Part shown: positions 35,562-47,675 of the stretch, piece by piece
Layout of the letters: the number at the start of each line of letters is the position of its first letter
Numbering within the stretch: the first letter of the stretch is position 1
From: Setoptus koraiensis
Taxonomy: Eukaryota; Animalia; Arthropoda
NCBI GenBank assembly: GCA_048013815.1
Contig: CM106585.1
Span: forward strand, 19,034,001 to 19,098,000
Reading direction: 5' to 3'
Length of the DNA: 64,000 nt
Notes under the pieces: generated by a model
Told to the model about the DNA's origin: nothing
Databases searched by the model: none
Seen by the model: only the letters and a program-made list of their open reading frames with translations
Position numbers and translations under genes: made by a program

Positions 35562-38500
35562 CGGCCGAGCTGCTAATGAACCGGTTAATTAAGTTTGTGT
35601 CTGTGCCGAAGCGCGCTCGCACAATCGCGCCTCTCGTAACGAAAGTTTCGTTTGTTTGCGTGCCCGCGCGATTCGGCTCATTTGAGCCGGCCCGATTAAA
35701 GCTCGCACTTGTTGTCGGCGAGCCAGTGTCAGCTCGAGCGCAGTCCCGGCAACCGGTGCCGCCGTTGACGTCATCGTTGTCGGTCCGCCGATGACGACGC
35801 GGACGACGCGGACGATGCGGACGATGCGGACGATGCGGACGACGCGGATGATGCTGGCGGCGCCGATGACGCAACAAGCGCTTGGAACGATGCGAATCGC
35901 TCAAACGATCCCATGGTTAATGGCCAATAATGTGACGCAACAGCAACAATTGGTTGCGTCAACAATGCCAACAGTGCATACGTGAGCTGCTGTTGGCATA
36001 CGCACGTCGCCGGCTCAACAGTTGCCCAGATATCGGCTCTGATTAGCTACCGGCGGGCGTTGCGCAACAGCGAAACGGGCCCGCTTCGCTGTTGCGCAAT
36101 AGCTGCGCTCGCCGTAATCGCCGTAATCGCTGTAATCGCCGTAATGCCAAGTGCCAAGGCAAGCTCGCCAGGCAAACAAACGGTGCGCAAACCTGAAACA
36201 ATGGCGGCCTGCGAATCGGTTAGACAGGCACTGTCAGGCGAGCCGGCACCCTCATTAAATTGGCCGCTCATTGTTGTTTGTTTTTATCCGTTTAGCCGTT
36301 TGATGTGACGCATGAAACTGGCTGGCAGGCAGCATCAGATGGCAGCCCTTTTGTTTGCCCCGTTTGTTTGCGTATGTCGAACCGAAATTGGCGTCACAGT
36401 GATGACAACGCTCACTTTACATGTGCTCGTCGCTTCACACATTCGCACTATTTCCAGTCTCGCCGCCGAGCCATCGTCAACCGTTCTCGCCGACAACTTC
36501 TCCGCTGCTCGCGGCTGTTCCGACTCGGAATCTCTGAGCGGCCGGCTCGCCTTTTCGGCTGGCAGATTTCGGCGCGACAGCGGTGCTGCTGTGCCAAAAT
36601 TTCTGCTCGGTTCGAAATTTCTGCTCGGTTCGAAATTTCTGCTCGGCGTGTTCGGCGTGTTCGGCGAGCCGATTCGACAAGCGGCGCGCCGTCGGCGCAT
36701 GCAAATTGTAACTAGTTCGAGGCCGAATCGAGCCGAGGTAACGCATTGCGTAACGCTTGGCTTGGCCCGACAAACGAGCCGCATTTGGCGGCACAATTCC
36801 GCATGTCGCCGCAATCGGCGGGCAACTGTGGCAGCCCCAGCCAAACAGCGCGCATCATGCCGTATGTCATAATTGCGTAATGATGTATAATGTTGTTGTT
36901 TAATTGTTGCTGTCATACGATCGTGTCTAGCGGGCCTCGCCGAGCAGCCAGAGACAACGCAACGCGGTAACAGCGTTTTAATTAGTTGTGGCCATATTTT
37001 GATTTGTTGCCCATTGTGCTCGCCCGCTCGCTTATCAATATAATAGCACAGCGAATTGTATCAAGAAACGGGTGATTTTTAAAGCGAACGGGCCGCAATG
37101 AATACGCAACAACATGAAACGGCACAATGAAACAAGCCAGTGGAAATGAAACGAGCTCTCATCATCCGATTCGCCCTATTGATGATCCGGCCAGGGAGCA
37201 TCTTGTTTTGAGCGCTCCCCCATCACTCATCGTGATGCTTGCGATAGCTTGATTGTCGTCGTCTTCGTCTTCGTCGTCCATTTACAAGTCATTCATTCAG
37301 TTCATTCAGTGGGCAAGTTGACGGGCTTTTTAACTGGCGAGCTAACTCATGAGCGGGCGAGCTGTTTCAAATTATCTGGCACAAACAAGCGAGCTCAAAG
37401 TCTTCATTTTCGGTCGCAACTAATGACAGAAATATTAATGCAATGCAAATATGGCGCGACAGGCTCGCCCATGCTGTCTCCGGCTGACAAGCTCGTTATA
37501 CCCGAGCTCGTTGTTGTCTCTATCCAACAATTGCTGCTCCAGCTTTGATTGATGCAATCGACGCCATATTTGTTTGTTGTTTGATCACATTTTGTTCTTG
37601 TTTAATCATATCGTTCATCGTTGCGAAGCGCCTGGCTGCGATTGTTGGCCGCTTGGCACAACAATTGCCGCTTGGCCGGCCAGATTGTTGCGATTTCTTC
37701 GGGTTCCGACGGCCCTATTGTTGTCGTCTCTCATTCCTTTTGGGGAAAGTCTCCTCCTCGCTCGTTTCACTCAAAATTGGATCGCGCTGTCGCCCGAAAA
37801 AAAAACACACGCCGATTGCAATTTGAAAGCGAAAATTTGAAAGGCAAACAGAGACTCTCTGTCAGAGAATTTGTTTGTTTCCAATAGAGTCAAACAAATT
37901 TATCAAGATCAGCCAGTAGCCGGCGAGCCGAGCTGCCAGCGCTGGCACTTTCAGTCGCGTCGAGCGCGCTAATTTATGGCCACTCTCTCTCTTTGCGGCC
38001 TAGGCAGCTTGCGCTAATCTCTCGAACGGGGGCCCTGGCATCGCGCACTTGCAAGTGCGATATAATATCAGCGCCCATACGATATCATGCCAGTTGTGTG
38101 AGACAACTATCGAATGAACCACTTCGAATGCGAGCTCTCGAAATAATAATCGAAGTCGCCAGCGAAATAATAATGACAAAATGGCGCCATGCAAATTGAA
38201 GCCGATTTGCTGTGATAGTAATTAATCGCTTGCCATCTATTATCATTATTTACAATGGCCCGAATTGATACACTAGATAAAATGCTGTGCCCATAATGAT
38301 GCCTACAACTGATACATAAATTACGTTTCTGTGTTGCGTCATCAGCAGCATTTACTCATCGGCCATAGCGTCGGCTGCCGTGGCCGGTCTGTCAGATGCA
38401 ACTTGCAACAATTATACTCGTTTTGCAATGGCTGTTCGCCCTCACGACATCGAAATCCAATAAACGACGCTGTCAAACAGCTACAGCGCCTCGGGAAGAA

Positions 38501-38768
38501 AAAACATAAAAACAAATCTTTTGTCTATCTCACCGTATCAGCTAATTTTTGTTAATTGCGCAAATGATGCAAAGCATGGTCAGACGGGTAGATTGAATGG
38601 ATTCGTTTATCTGTTTATGTTCTTGCAGGCAATTATGTACTACTGCTTGTTACACAAGCTCGATAACAGGTATTGAGACTAATGAAGACATTGTTGCACA
38701 CTGAAACTGGTTTTTATTGCTTGGGTGATACAATCAACGAATGAACGGTGATTCTTGTTGCATCAACA

Positions 38769-39101
38769 TCACTGTTTACAGCAACATATTCCCAACAGGA
38801 AGCGGCCACTGTCGACGGGCGGCTCCGGATGACGACCGTCCGAGTAGCGGGCCTCGCGACAGATTTGCTGACACTGGCCAAAAGCCTCTATGGCAACAGT
38901 GAATTGTGAATCGGCAAATTCACTGCAATTCTCGCCAATTTTCATTCCATTATCCCCATCAATTCTATCTTTTTGGACACCCATATCCAACTCTAGTTCA
39001 TCGTTGTAAAAATCGGCTGTTTCCCCATCAAAGGCCATAACTAACTCAATAGTGCATTGAGCTATAACAAGTAGACAAATAATGCGTCTTATCGAAATCA
39101 T
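38769..39101 (-). CDS. Secreted cysteine-rich peptide, copy 1 (110 aa; divergent, with an acidic spacer or pro-segment)
   Basis: Signal MISIRRIICLLVIAQCTIELVMA, acidic segment, then C-x17-C-x3-C-x24-CCC-KQ; AATAAA about 50 nt after the stop. Confidence 0.75.
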   Translation of the reverse strand: MISIRRIICLLVIAQCTIELVMAFDGETADFYNDELELDMGVQKDRIDGDNGMKIGENCSEFADSQFTVAIEAFGQCQQICREARYSDGRHPEPPVDSGRFLLGICCCKQ

Positions 39102-39813
39102 TTTCTCGCTTTTTCCCTGAAAATAAATTGTCCGAAAATTTGTTTGCTATATGAAATTTGTTTGCTATATGAAATCTGATTGCTGGTGTTCGATGAATAG
39201 GCGTCGCACTTGGAGTGATTTGCTTCGAGTGACTCAGTTTCGACTAGAAACTTTCGAGTCACGCACTGTCAGCATGCAAAAAGGTGACACAGCCAGAAAA
39301 CACGCATTTTCATGCTGATCTACTTATAGATTTTTTCATTTATATCAATAACTTTTTGTGCAGATACAATTCGATATTTGCGAGTCGTCAGGCCTACTGG
39401 AGATGAACAATGCGCAATCGAACTCACGTTTGCAACAGATTGCTGGCCGACCAGAGATAAACAGATTGCTATTTATATGACATTGTCGTACCTTAAACTT
39501 CTGAATCAAACTTTTCACTGTATTCGTGATTCAATGTGCTATAAGCACGAGAAACAAGAAAAATAGGTGCCCAAACCGAGGTAGATCGACATCAAGGTAT
39601 TCGATCGTCATCGGCGATCGGCCTCTGAGCAGAGAGCAGATATTTTTATTGTATTCATTGCAAATGTTGATTAGTGACGTAGAAATCTGTTTATTAGAGT
39701 GCAAAATAAGTAACTATATTGACAAACTAGTAATTTTTATACTTATTCTGTGCTTTTAGCAGAATGACGGAATATAATTATTCTCAGTTGCCCAATCTAC
39801 TTAATGCTCGAAC

Positions 39814-40047
39814 TCATTCTTTACAGCAGCAGAATCCTATCGTCGGCGGATATTGTCCCGCCTGGATAACTGGGGATATGCCAGTCTGGTTGAATGCTTT
39901 CATGCAACCTGTATGGCAATTACCGATATGCTGTATTTGCTGTGGGAATCCCGGTATATCTTCGCAATAATCGAATCCGGCACCGACCAAGATCAAATTG
40001 GCGCATAGAATCACGGCCAAGATCAAAGTGATATGCTTGAATATCAT
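39814..40047 (-). CDS. Secreted cysteine-rich peptide, copy 2 (77 aa)
   Basis: MIFKHITLILAVILCANLILVGAG-FDYC...GNCHTGC...IGFCCCKE; TATA at 40159-40166. Confidence 0.9.
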   Translation of the reverse strand: MIFKHITLILAVILCANLILVGAGFDYCEDIPGFPQQIQHIGNCHTGCMKAFNQTGISPVIQAGQYPPTIGFCCCKE

Positions 40048-40128
40048 TTTCTTTTTGTCGTCGAGCTTTTTAGCAAAGAATATATTGGAGGATTGTTGCT
40101 TGTATTTCGATTGTTATCTGTCTATTTC

Positions 40129-40205
40129 GAATGATATCTTAACAGAGCTTTTGCCCACTATTTATACCATGAGCGTATATTGAACAATCTACTTTTAGGT
40201 TTCAT
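40129..40205 (-). promoter_or_regulatory. Core-promoter module repeated upstream of peptide copies 2-15 (copy 2 shown): AATCTA-n4-TAGATT palindrome, TATAAATA, TCATTC Inr
   Basis: TATAAATA (plus strand TATTTATA) at 40159, 41389, 42413, 43292, 44160, 45377, 46100, 47074, 48300, 50884, 51779, 52671. Inr-like TCATT about 34 nt downstream and palindrome about 20 nt upstream in most copies. Confidence 0.8.
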
Positions 40206-41049
40206 GAATTGACACGCTGGTGCCGCCAATCACGATGCAATGAGTGACTGTGGCGCTTGTCTCTCAACGAACTCACGTTTGCAACAGATTGTTGGCCGAC
40301 TGGAGATAAACAAATTGCTATTTATATGACATTAAATGTCATAACTTAAACATTGGAATCAAACGTTTCACCGCATTCTAGATTCACTGCAGTGCTATAA
40401 GCATGAGAAACAAGAAAAATGGGCGCCAAAACCAAAGTAGATCGACACCGAGGTATTCGATCGTTATTTGCAATTGGCCTCTGAAAAATGCTGGGTTACC
40501 CCGACCCCGGGGTGACCCACGATCACTATGTCTAGGTCGTGCAGGATTGCCCGATTACAAGATGGGCCCGGCAGTCACGTTGCAATGAGTGCAATTTAGA
40601 CATTTCGCCGCATGCTTCATTCGTGGTCTATGTTTTATGTGAGAATGGAAACAGAGGAATTGAGCTTTTGTCGGAATAGTCTGACCGACAGTGAAAGATT
40701 CGATCCCTTTTTTCCACAAGTCTCTGCAAAGAATTATGAGGAGCCGAAGCATCTCTTATCTGGTTATTTTTTCACCGTTCCCAACTATCGGACGAACTCT
40801 TTTGAATTGGGTTGATGAAGGTCAATTTTATTTCATTTAGGGTTTGTTCAGTTCAGTGCTCTATGTGTTACAATTGATGAATCTTTGAATCTAGTATTCT
40901 ATCCGTTGCGAATGCTGATTAGTGATTTGGAAATGTGTTTATTAGAGTGCGAATGACTGCTAATTAGATTGACCAATTGGCATTTTTTTTTTCACTTGTT
41001 CAATGTCTTTATCCGAACGTAGAAATCTGAATATCGCAAGTTGCTCAAT

Positions 41050-41286
41050 CTACACAACATATGCACAGCAGCAAACTCCTATCATTGAGCGACGTCCTTG
41101 GATAATAGGAGCCACCCCAGTAGTGTAACGTCTCCCTCTGCAACCCGTTTTGCAATTTCCATCAAACTGTATTGAAAAGGGATATCCTGGTGTATTGTCA
41201 CATTCGTTGGCTGTGGCATAATCAACCAAGACCAAATTGATGCATAGAGCCAAACCCAAGGTCAAAATGATGCGCTCGTAAATCAT
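41050..41286 (-). CDS. Secreted cysteine-rich peptide, copy 3 (78 aa)
   Basis: Signal + ANECDNTPGYP...GNCKTGC...IGVCCCAYVV. Confidence 0.9.
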   Translation of the reverse strand: MIYERIILTLGLALCINLVLVDYATANECDNTPGYPFSIQFDGNCKTGCRGRRYTTGVAPIIQGRRSMIGVCCCAYVV

Positions 41287-42042
41287 TTTATTTTCGTGTT
41301 TTCGCCAGGTTTTTTGTCTGATTCGATTGTTATCGGTCTGCTATAGAAGATGTGGTTTGAATGATATCTTCACAGAGCCGTCGCCCAGTATTTATACGAT
41401 GAGCGCACCGATTGAGCGATCTACTTTTAGATTTTCGCTAGCGACACGTAGTAAGTTTTTATAAAATTCCTTAAAATGTCACACAATGTCTGACAGACAT
41501 CGAATTCTTTTGTGGCGCATGAATGAAACTCATTTGAATCGAATCGCCAGCGGAGCATCTTCAGACGCGGTCTGCAATACGGTGACACAGCCAAAATGCA
41601 CGCATTTTGAGGTTTATCTACATAGAGATTTGTACATTCATCAACATGGATGCCTCTCAATGTTCGCAACAGATTGTTGGCCCACTGGAAATACACAGTA
41701 TGCTATTTGTGCGACATTGAACGTCACACTTTAAACTTCGCAAACAGACCCTGCAGGGGCCCGAAACTTTCAGGCTGAAAGCATCGCCTATCTAGTTCTA
41801 TTTGGGTCCTTTCGAGCAATCAGGAGAACTCTTTTCTTTACGTAGTTTACGTACGTACGATGAATGTTAATTTTATTTCATTTTCGAATTAAGCCAGTTC
41901 AGTACATTTTGTGTGTTACAATCGACGAATCTTTGGCACTGGTGTTAGCCTGATCTTTTTATTCTATCCGTCGCGTATGATGATTTCTCTTCGGAAATGT
42001 GTGTATGAGAGCGCAAAATAATGGTGCAAGCTCAATATCTCA

Positions 42043-42303
42043 TCATAACCAATTTCTCCACCCACTCGAGGGAAAAAAATGATAAGCACAGCAGCAGATT
42101 CCTCTTACCTGCAAGCCGCTTGGTAAGCGGCCTTTATCGTATCCCTTCTCTTTGCAACCTGTGTTGCAATCCGAACCAGAATAACGAATCTCATAGAGGT
42201 ATCCTGATGTTCTGGCGCACAGGTTGGCTGCGGCATAACCAACCAAGAACAAATTGATGCAAACAACCAGGGCCAAAGCCAAAGTGACACGCTTGAACAT
42301 CAT
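42043..42303 (-). CDS. Secreted cysteine-rich peptide, copy 4 (86 aa)
   Basis: Signal + ANLCARTSGY...DCNTGCKEKGYDKG...RGICCCAYHFFPSSGWRNWL. Confidence 0.9.
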   Translation of the reverse strand: MMFKRVTLALALVVCINLFLVGYAAANLCARTSGYLYEIRYSGSDCNTGCKEKGYDKGRLPSGLQVRGICCCAYHFFPSSGWRNWL

Positions 42304-42927
42304 TTTATTTTCGTTTTTTCGTCAGGTTTTTTGTCTGATTGTCTGATGGATTGTTATCGGTCTACTACGAAAGATCTGCTTCGAATGATATCTTCACAGA
42401 GCCGCTGCCCACTATTTATACGATGAGCGCTCCGATTGAGCGATCTACTTTTAGATTTTCGCTAGCGACACGTAGTAAGTTTTTATAAAATTCCTTAAAA
42501 TGTCACACAATGTCTGACAGGCATCGAATTCTTTTGTGGTGCATGAATGAAACTCACTTGAATCGAATCGCCAGCGGAGCATCTTCAGACGCGGTCTGCA
42601 GTACGGTGACACGGTGGCAGTTGGCCCCGGAGGAAATTCGTGAGGAGACCATGCAGGAGCCTGAAAGCATCCCCTATCTAGTTCTTTTCGTGTCTTTTCG
42701 AGCAATCAGGAGAACTCTTTTCTCTACTTGTTAATTTTATTTCGTTGTTGGTTCAGTCACATTAGTTACATTTTCATATGTTGCAATGGACGAATCTTTG
42801 GAACTAGTGATAGCCAGATCTTTTTATTCTATCCATCGCATATGATGATTTCTCTTCGGAAATCTATGTATGAGAGAGCAAAATAATGGTACAAGCTCAA
42901 TATCGCAAGTTGCACAATCCACTCATC

Positions 42928-43164
42928 TTATGACGCCGTGCAGCAACAGATTCCTTTTAGCGGACGGTTGTCGTTGACTGGGGCCGCTGGGCGCACGCCA
43001 TCTCGGTAGTCGTTCAATGAGCAACCTACATGACAGTCGCCACGATAATCTATCTCAACGGGGTATCCTATTGTACCATCACATCTGCTGGCTATGGCGT
43101 AATCAACCAAGACCAAATTGATGCAAAGAACCAATGCCAAGATCAATGTGATACCTTTGAACAT
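42928..43164 (-). CDS. Secreted cysteine-rich peptide, copy 5 (78 aa)
   Basis: Signal + ASRCDGTIGYP...GDCHVGC...KGICCCTAS. Confidence 0.9.
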   Translation of the reverse strand: MFKGITLILALVLCINLVLVDYAIASRCDGTIGYPVEIDYRGDCHVGCSLNDYRDGVRPAAPVNDNRPLKGICCCTAS

Positions 43165-43812
43165 TTTCTCTTCTTTTCTCCGTCGGGCTTTTCACCAAGA
43201 ATGTTGCCAACGACTGTCGTTTGTATTTTGATCGTTATCTTTCTACTCCGAGAGATTTGCCTCAAATGATACACTTCGACCCGTCGCCCACTATTTATAC
43301 GACGAGCGTATCGATTGAGCAATCTACTTTTAGATTTTGTATCAGCGAGTCGCTGGCAGCGACCGACATTCCGACACGTTGGTGTCTGATGCGTATTTTT
43401 ATGAAATTCTTTGTCTGTCACACAATGTATGAATCATACAGACTTGCAGACATTGAGATGACGTGCATTTTTTCGACAGTACCAATCATCGACGCGACAT
43501 GGGCGACAAATGTACGTCGAAATTTTGTCAGTCGAACAAATGACCCAGACCCCTTTTTTCGCGATCTTTTCGTGTTGTTTCGAACAATCAGAAGGACTCT
43601 CCTTTTTAAATTGATGAAGCTTAATTTTATTTCGTTGTGGTTTTAGTCACATTAGTTACAGTTTCATGTGTTGCAATGGACGAATCTTTGGAACTAGTGA
43701 TAGCCAGATCTTTTTATTCTATCCATCGCGTATGATGATTTCTCTTCGGAAATCTATGTATGAGAGAGCAAAATAATGGTACAAGCTCAATATGGCAAGT
43801 TGCACAATCCAC

Positions 43813-44052
43813 TCATCCCATTGGAAACCAAAAACAGCAACACACTCCTAACAGCGGACGCATGTCTCCTGGTGGACGGATTGGGGACCTGCCACCATGG
43901 TAGCCTTCTTCCAAGCAACCTACGTAGCAATTACCAAGATAATCCAACTCGTATGGAAATCCTGGTGTATGATCACAGTGGTTTGCGCTAACCAAAACCA
44001 AATTGACGCACACAAGCAAGGCGAAGATCAATATGATTCGCTTGAATATCAT
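43813..44052 (-). CDS. Secreted cysteine-rich peptide, copy 6 (79 aa; start reassigned to ATG 44052)
   Basis: MIFKRIILIFALLVCVNLVLVSA-NHCDHTPGFP...GNCYVGC...LGVCCCFWFPMG; the start aligns with the paralogues and the TATA at 44160. Confidence 0.9.
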   Translation of the reverse strand: MIFKRIILIFALLVCVNLVLVSANHCDHTPGFPYELDYLGNCYVGCLEEGYHGGRSPIRPPGDMRPLLGVCCCFWFPMG

Positions 44053-45021
44053 GTTCTTTTCTTCTCGTCGTCCGGAATCCGGATTTTTCTCTGATTGTTC
44101 GTGTCTGACTACTCTGAGAGATTTGCTTTGAATGACACCCTCACAGAGCTGTTGGCCACTATTTATACCATGAGCGTTCCCATTTAGCAACCTTATTTTA
44201 GATTCTAAATATCGACACGTTGGTGTTCGTTGCATACTTTTCTAGAATCGTTCGCCAGGCGGCCAGTTTCCGAATGAATCGAACATTGCGTTTGCTGAGA
44301 CGAAGTGGGAACGTGTACGATAGTGACACGATGGTGCCGCCAGTCACGTTGCAGTGACTGATCCCCAGCAATTGTCTCTCATGGAACTCACTAGAATAGA
44401 CATTTCCAGTAAATCATCTCTTTCGCTCATTCTGCAATGCGGGAACGCAACCAAAAGAACGATCTACATTAACAAGATTGCGTTTATGTGAAACTATATA
44501 CGTGGATACCTCTCAAGTTGAGAGTCTCAACAGATTGTTGACCTGCTAGAGACAAACAGTCTGCTATTCATGCCACAGTAAATGTCATATCTTAAACTTT
44601 GCAATAAGTCAGACATTTGGCCGCATTCTTGATTCAATGCGCATCATGCCTGACAAATGAGAAGAGGAGCGGCCCACAGAGAAGTAGATCGACACCCAGG
44701 CGCTAGATCGTTGTTCACAATCGGCCTCAGGCCAGTTTATGGCGGGCCCCTGTAAAGGGCCGAAAATCTCAGGGCCAAAAAAATTTCATCTAATTATTTT
44801 TTTATCGCCTCAAATTATCATAACAACTCTTTGCTTCAGATTGAGTTGACGAACGCTACTTTTATTTTATTTTGGGTCAAGTCAGCTGCATACAATTTTA
44901 TGTGTCACACTAGGCGAATCGCTAGATCTAGATCTAGCCAGTGCCTTTTGATTTTGTTCGTAGCGAATGTTGATTGATTCATCATCAGGGCTCAAAATAA
45001 TGGTGCAAGCTCAATATCCAC

Positions 45022-45267
45022 TCATCCACTCGTGGGAATGTAATGATGAGCACAGCAGCAGATTTTTGTTGTCGGCAGGCCTATTGGTGAGCGGCCTTTA
45101 TCGTATCCCTTCTCTTTGCAACCTGTTTTGCAATTAGAACCAGAATTACGAATCTCATAGGGGTGTCCTGGTGTGCTGGCGCACAGGTTGGCTGCGGCGT
45201 AACCAACCAAGAACAAATTGATGCAAACAACCAGGGCCAAAGCCAAAGTGACACGCTTGAACATCAT
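45022..45267 (-). CDS. Secreted cysteine-rich peptide, copy 7 (81 aa)
   Basis: Signal identical to copy 4; ...NCKTGCKEKGYDKG...KICCCAHHYIPTSG. Confidence 0.9.
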   Translation of the reverse strand: MMFKRVTLALALVVCINLFLVGYAAANLCASTPGHPYEIRNSGSNCKTGCKEKGYDKGRSPIGLPTTKICCCAHHYIPTSG

Positions 45268-45756
45268 TTTATTTTCGTTTTTTCGTCAGGTTTTTTGTCT
45301 GATTGTCTGATGGATTGTTATCGGCCTACTACGACAGATCTGCTTCGAATGATATCTTCACAGAGCCGCTGCCCACTATTTATACGATGGGCGCACCGAT
45401 TGAGCGATCTACTTTTGGATTTTCTCTAGCGACACGTTGTAAGTTTTTATAACAATTCCTTGTCTGTCACACAATGTCTGGCAGACAACATACATGTGCT
45501 GTATGCATGAAAAACAGAAAGAGAAATAGGCGCTCAAAGAGGAGTGAATTGACAGCAAGCTATTCGTTCATTGCTGCTAATTGTTCTCCGAGAAAATTCG
45601 TGAGAACAAATTACCGGAAGAACTCTGTTCGTTAAATTGGGTTGATGACGACTAATTTTATTTCAATTTGAGGTTCAATCATCTCAGTGCAGTCCGTCCA
45701 TAACAAATATTAATTGGTCTGTGTATTAGAGCGCAATATGATGGAGCAATCTAAAT

Positions 45757-45984
45757 TTAGCCCCCGGCATGCTTGCTACAGCAGCAGACTTTGCACGGGG
45801 CTGGGCCGCGTTTGCCATCATAGTAGTCGTTCTCTATGCAAGCGATTCGGCAATCACGGGCAAAAATGTGTAACACATATGGGTATCCTGGCATATTATC
45901 ACACGCGCTGGGATAAGCATAACCTACCAAGACCAAATTGAGGCTCAGAACTAAGGCCACGATCAAAGAGATATGCCTGGACAT
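45757..45984 (-). CDS. Secreted cysteine-rich peptide, copy 8 (75 aa, 7 mature Cys)
   Basis: MSRHISLIVALVLSLNLVLVGYA-YPSAC...DCRIAC...PAPCKVCCCSKHAGG. Confidence 0.85.
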   Translation of the reverse strand: MSRHISLIVALVLSLNLVLVGYAYPSACDNMPGYPYVLHIFARDCRIACIENDYYDGKRGPAPCKVCCCSKHAGG

Positions 45985-46695
45985 TATTTTCGTTTCTTTT
46001 TGTCGTTGCGCTTCTTCTCCGACTGTTTGTATCTCGATAGCTATTTGTCGACCTTGAGAGATTTAATTCGAATGATGTCCTCACACAACTGTTGCTCACT
46101 ATTTATACGACATAGATTTATTGACATTTATCGGGCAACCTACTTTTAGATTTTATATATCGACACGCTAGTGTAAGGCACACGATGGTGTCAGCAGTCA
46201 CGAGTGATTTCGGGCGATTGTCTCTCATAAAAGTCAATAGAATCGACATGGCATTCTGATCATTCTGTGATGCTGTGACGCAACTGAAAGAACGCGCAGC
46301 TTCGGGCTAGTCTACGATCTATAGATTTGTGCGTTCACATGGATGCCCCTCGATGCTTGCAACAGATTGTCAGCCAACTAGAGATGAACAATATGCTATC
46401 TGTGTGACAGTAGATGTCGTCGATATTCGATCATCATTGGCAATGTCCCCTGAAAAGATTGGTGCACTTGTAAAGGGCCGAAAGCATATCTCATCTAAAG
46501 TCAAGTTTTTATCGTTTCGAACTATCGAATGAACTCTCTTCGCTAAGTTGGGTTGATGAATGTTGATTTTATTTAGTCTAGGCTTTGTTCAGTTCAGTGC
46601 ATTTTTACGCGCCATAAATATTGATCGGGTCTGTGTATTATCTATCAATTATCAATGGCAAAATAATGGAGCCATCTCAATTTCGCCTAATTCCG

Positions 46696-46944
46696 TTATC
46701 CCATGGGATAACCACTACAGCAGCAAACTCCCAACAGCGGACGTCTCCAGTGATGTGGTGGGCGGACTGGGGCCCTGCCAGCAAGGTAGCCGCTCTCTTC
46801 GCAACCTGTATCGCAATTACCGAAATAATCTAACTCATACGGGAATCCTGGTGTGTGATCACACTCGTTGGCTATGACGTAACCAATCAAGATCAAATTG
46901 AAGAATGCAGCCAAGACCACGATCAAAGTGATACTCTTGAACAT
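46696..46944 (-). CDS. Secreted cysteine-rich peptide, copy 9 (82 aa)
   Basis: Signal + ANECDHTPGFP...GNCDTGC...LGVCCCSGYPMG. Confidence 0.9.
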   Translation of the reverse strand: MFKSITLIVVLAAFFNLILIGYVIANECDHTPGFPYELDYFGNCDTGCEESGYLAGRAPVRPPHHWRRPLLGVCCCSGYPMG

Positions 46945-47585
46945 TTTCTTTTCTTTTCGTCGTAGAGCTCTCTACCAGGAATATTCCCGATCACTTTTAT
47001 TTGTTTTCCGGTTGTTATTTGTCTACTCTGATGGATCTAGTTCGAATGATATCTCCACAAAACAGTTGCCTACTATTTATACGATGCGAGCATCTGTTGG
47101 CCAACCCTATTTTAGATTTCATATATTGACACGTTGGTGTTTTTTCCGCGTTTTTCTAGAATCATTCGCCAGGGGGCTAGATTACCGACAGATAATGAAC
47201 ACTGCGTTCTTTGGAACGCAGTATTCATTATTCGTCATATTTCTGCAAATAAAGGCGTGCAGGATTGTGGTAGTCACGTTGCAATGAGTGATTTTGGGCG
47301 GCATCGATTGTCTCCCATGAAAACCATAGAATCGAAATTGCCACGGGATCATCTTTCTAGTCATTCTGGAATGTGCATTCATTTGATGCTATCCGCGTGG
47401 ATAACCCTCGATGCTTGCAACAGATTGTTGGCCGGCAAGAAATGAACATCATGCTATTTGTGTGACATTGAATGTCATACTTTAAACATTGAAATCAGAC
47501 ATTTCGCCGCATCCTCAATTCAATTCGCTATATGCATGACAAACAAGAAGAATAGGGGCCCAAATCAAAATAGATCAACAGCGAG

Positions 47586-47675
47586 TATAGTTGTAGCAAA
47601 TTTGTAATTTGCACAGTGCAAATTGGCACAGGAATGAATTTGCACTCTGCAAATTACAAATTTGCTACAACTATA
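47586..47675. mobile_element. 90-bp fold-back MITE (non-autonomous DNA transposon) with 39-bp inverted arms and an 8-bp TSD
   Basis: Arms 47586-47624 and 47637-47675 are reverse complements with one mismatch. Direct repeat ACAGCGAG at 47578-47585 and 47676-47683. Paralogous spacers carry a single 8-mer at this site (ACACCGAG at 40445-40452). Confidence 0.85.

Noticed and set aside
40493-40535. GC-rich hairpin followed 13 nt later by CTAG, resembling a Helitron 3' end
   Set aside because: The next base is G rather than T, no matching 5' TC end was found, and the hairpin aligns with a GGG...CCC spacer segment present in other units.
41427-42705. Duplicated ORFs ending ...CDILRNFIKTYYVSLAKI, and plus-strand ORFs over the peptide genes
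   Set aside because: They are by-products of duplicated spacer DNA or antisense shadows of the peptide genes; no ATG/promoter context and not conserved across units.
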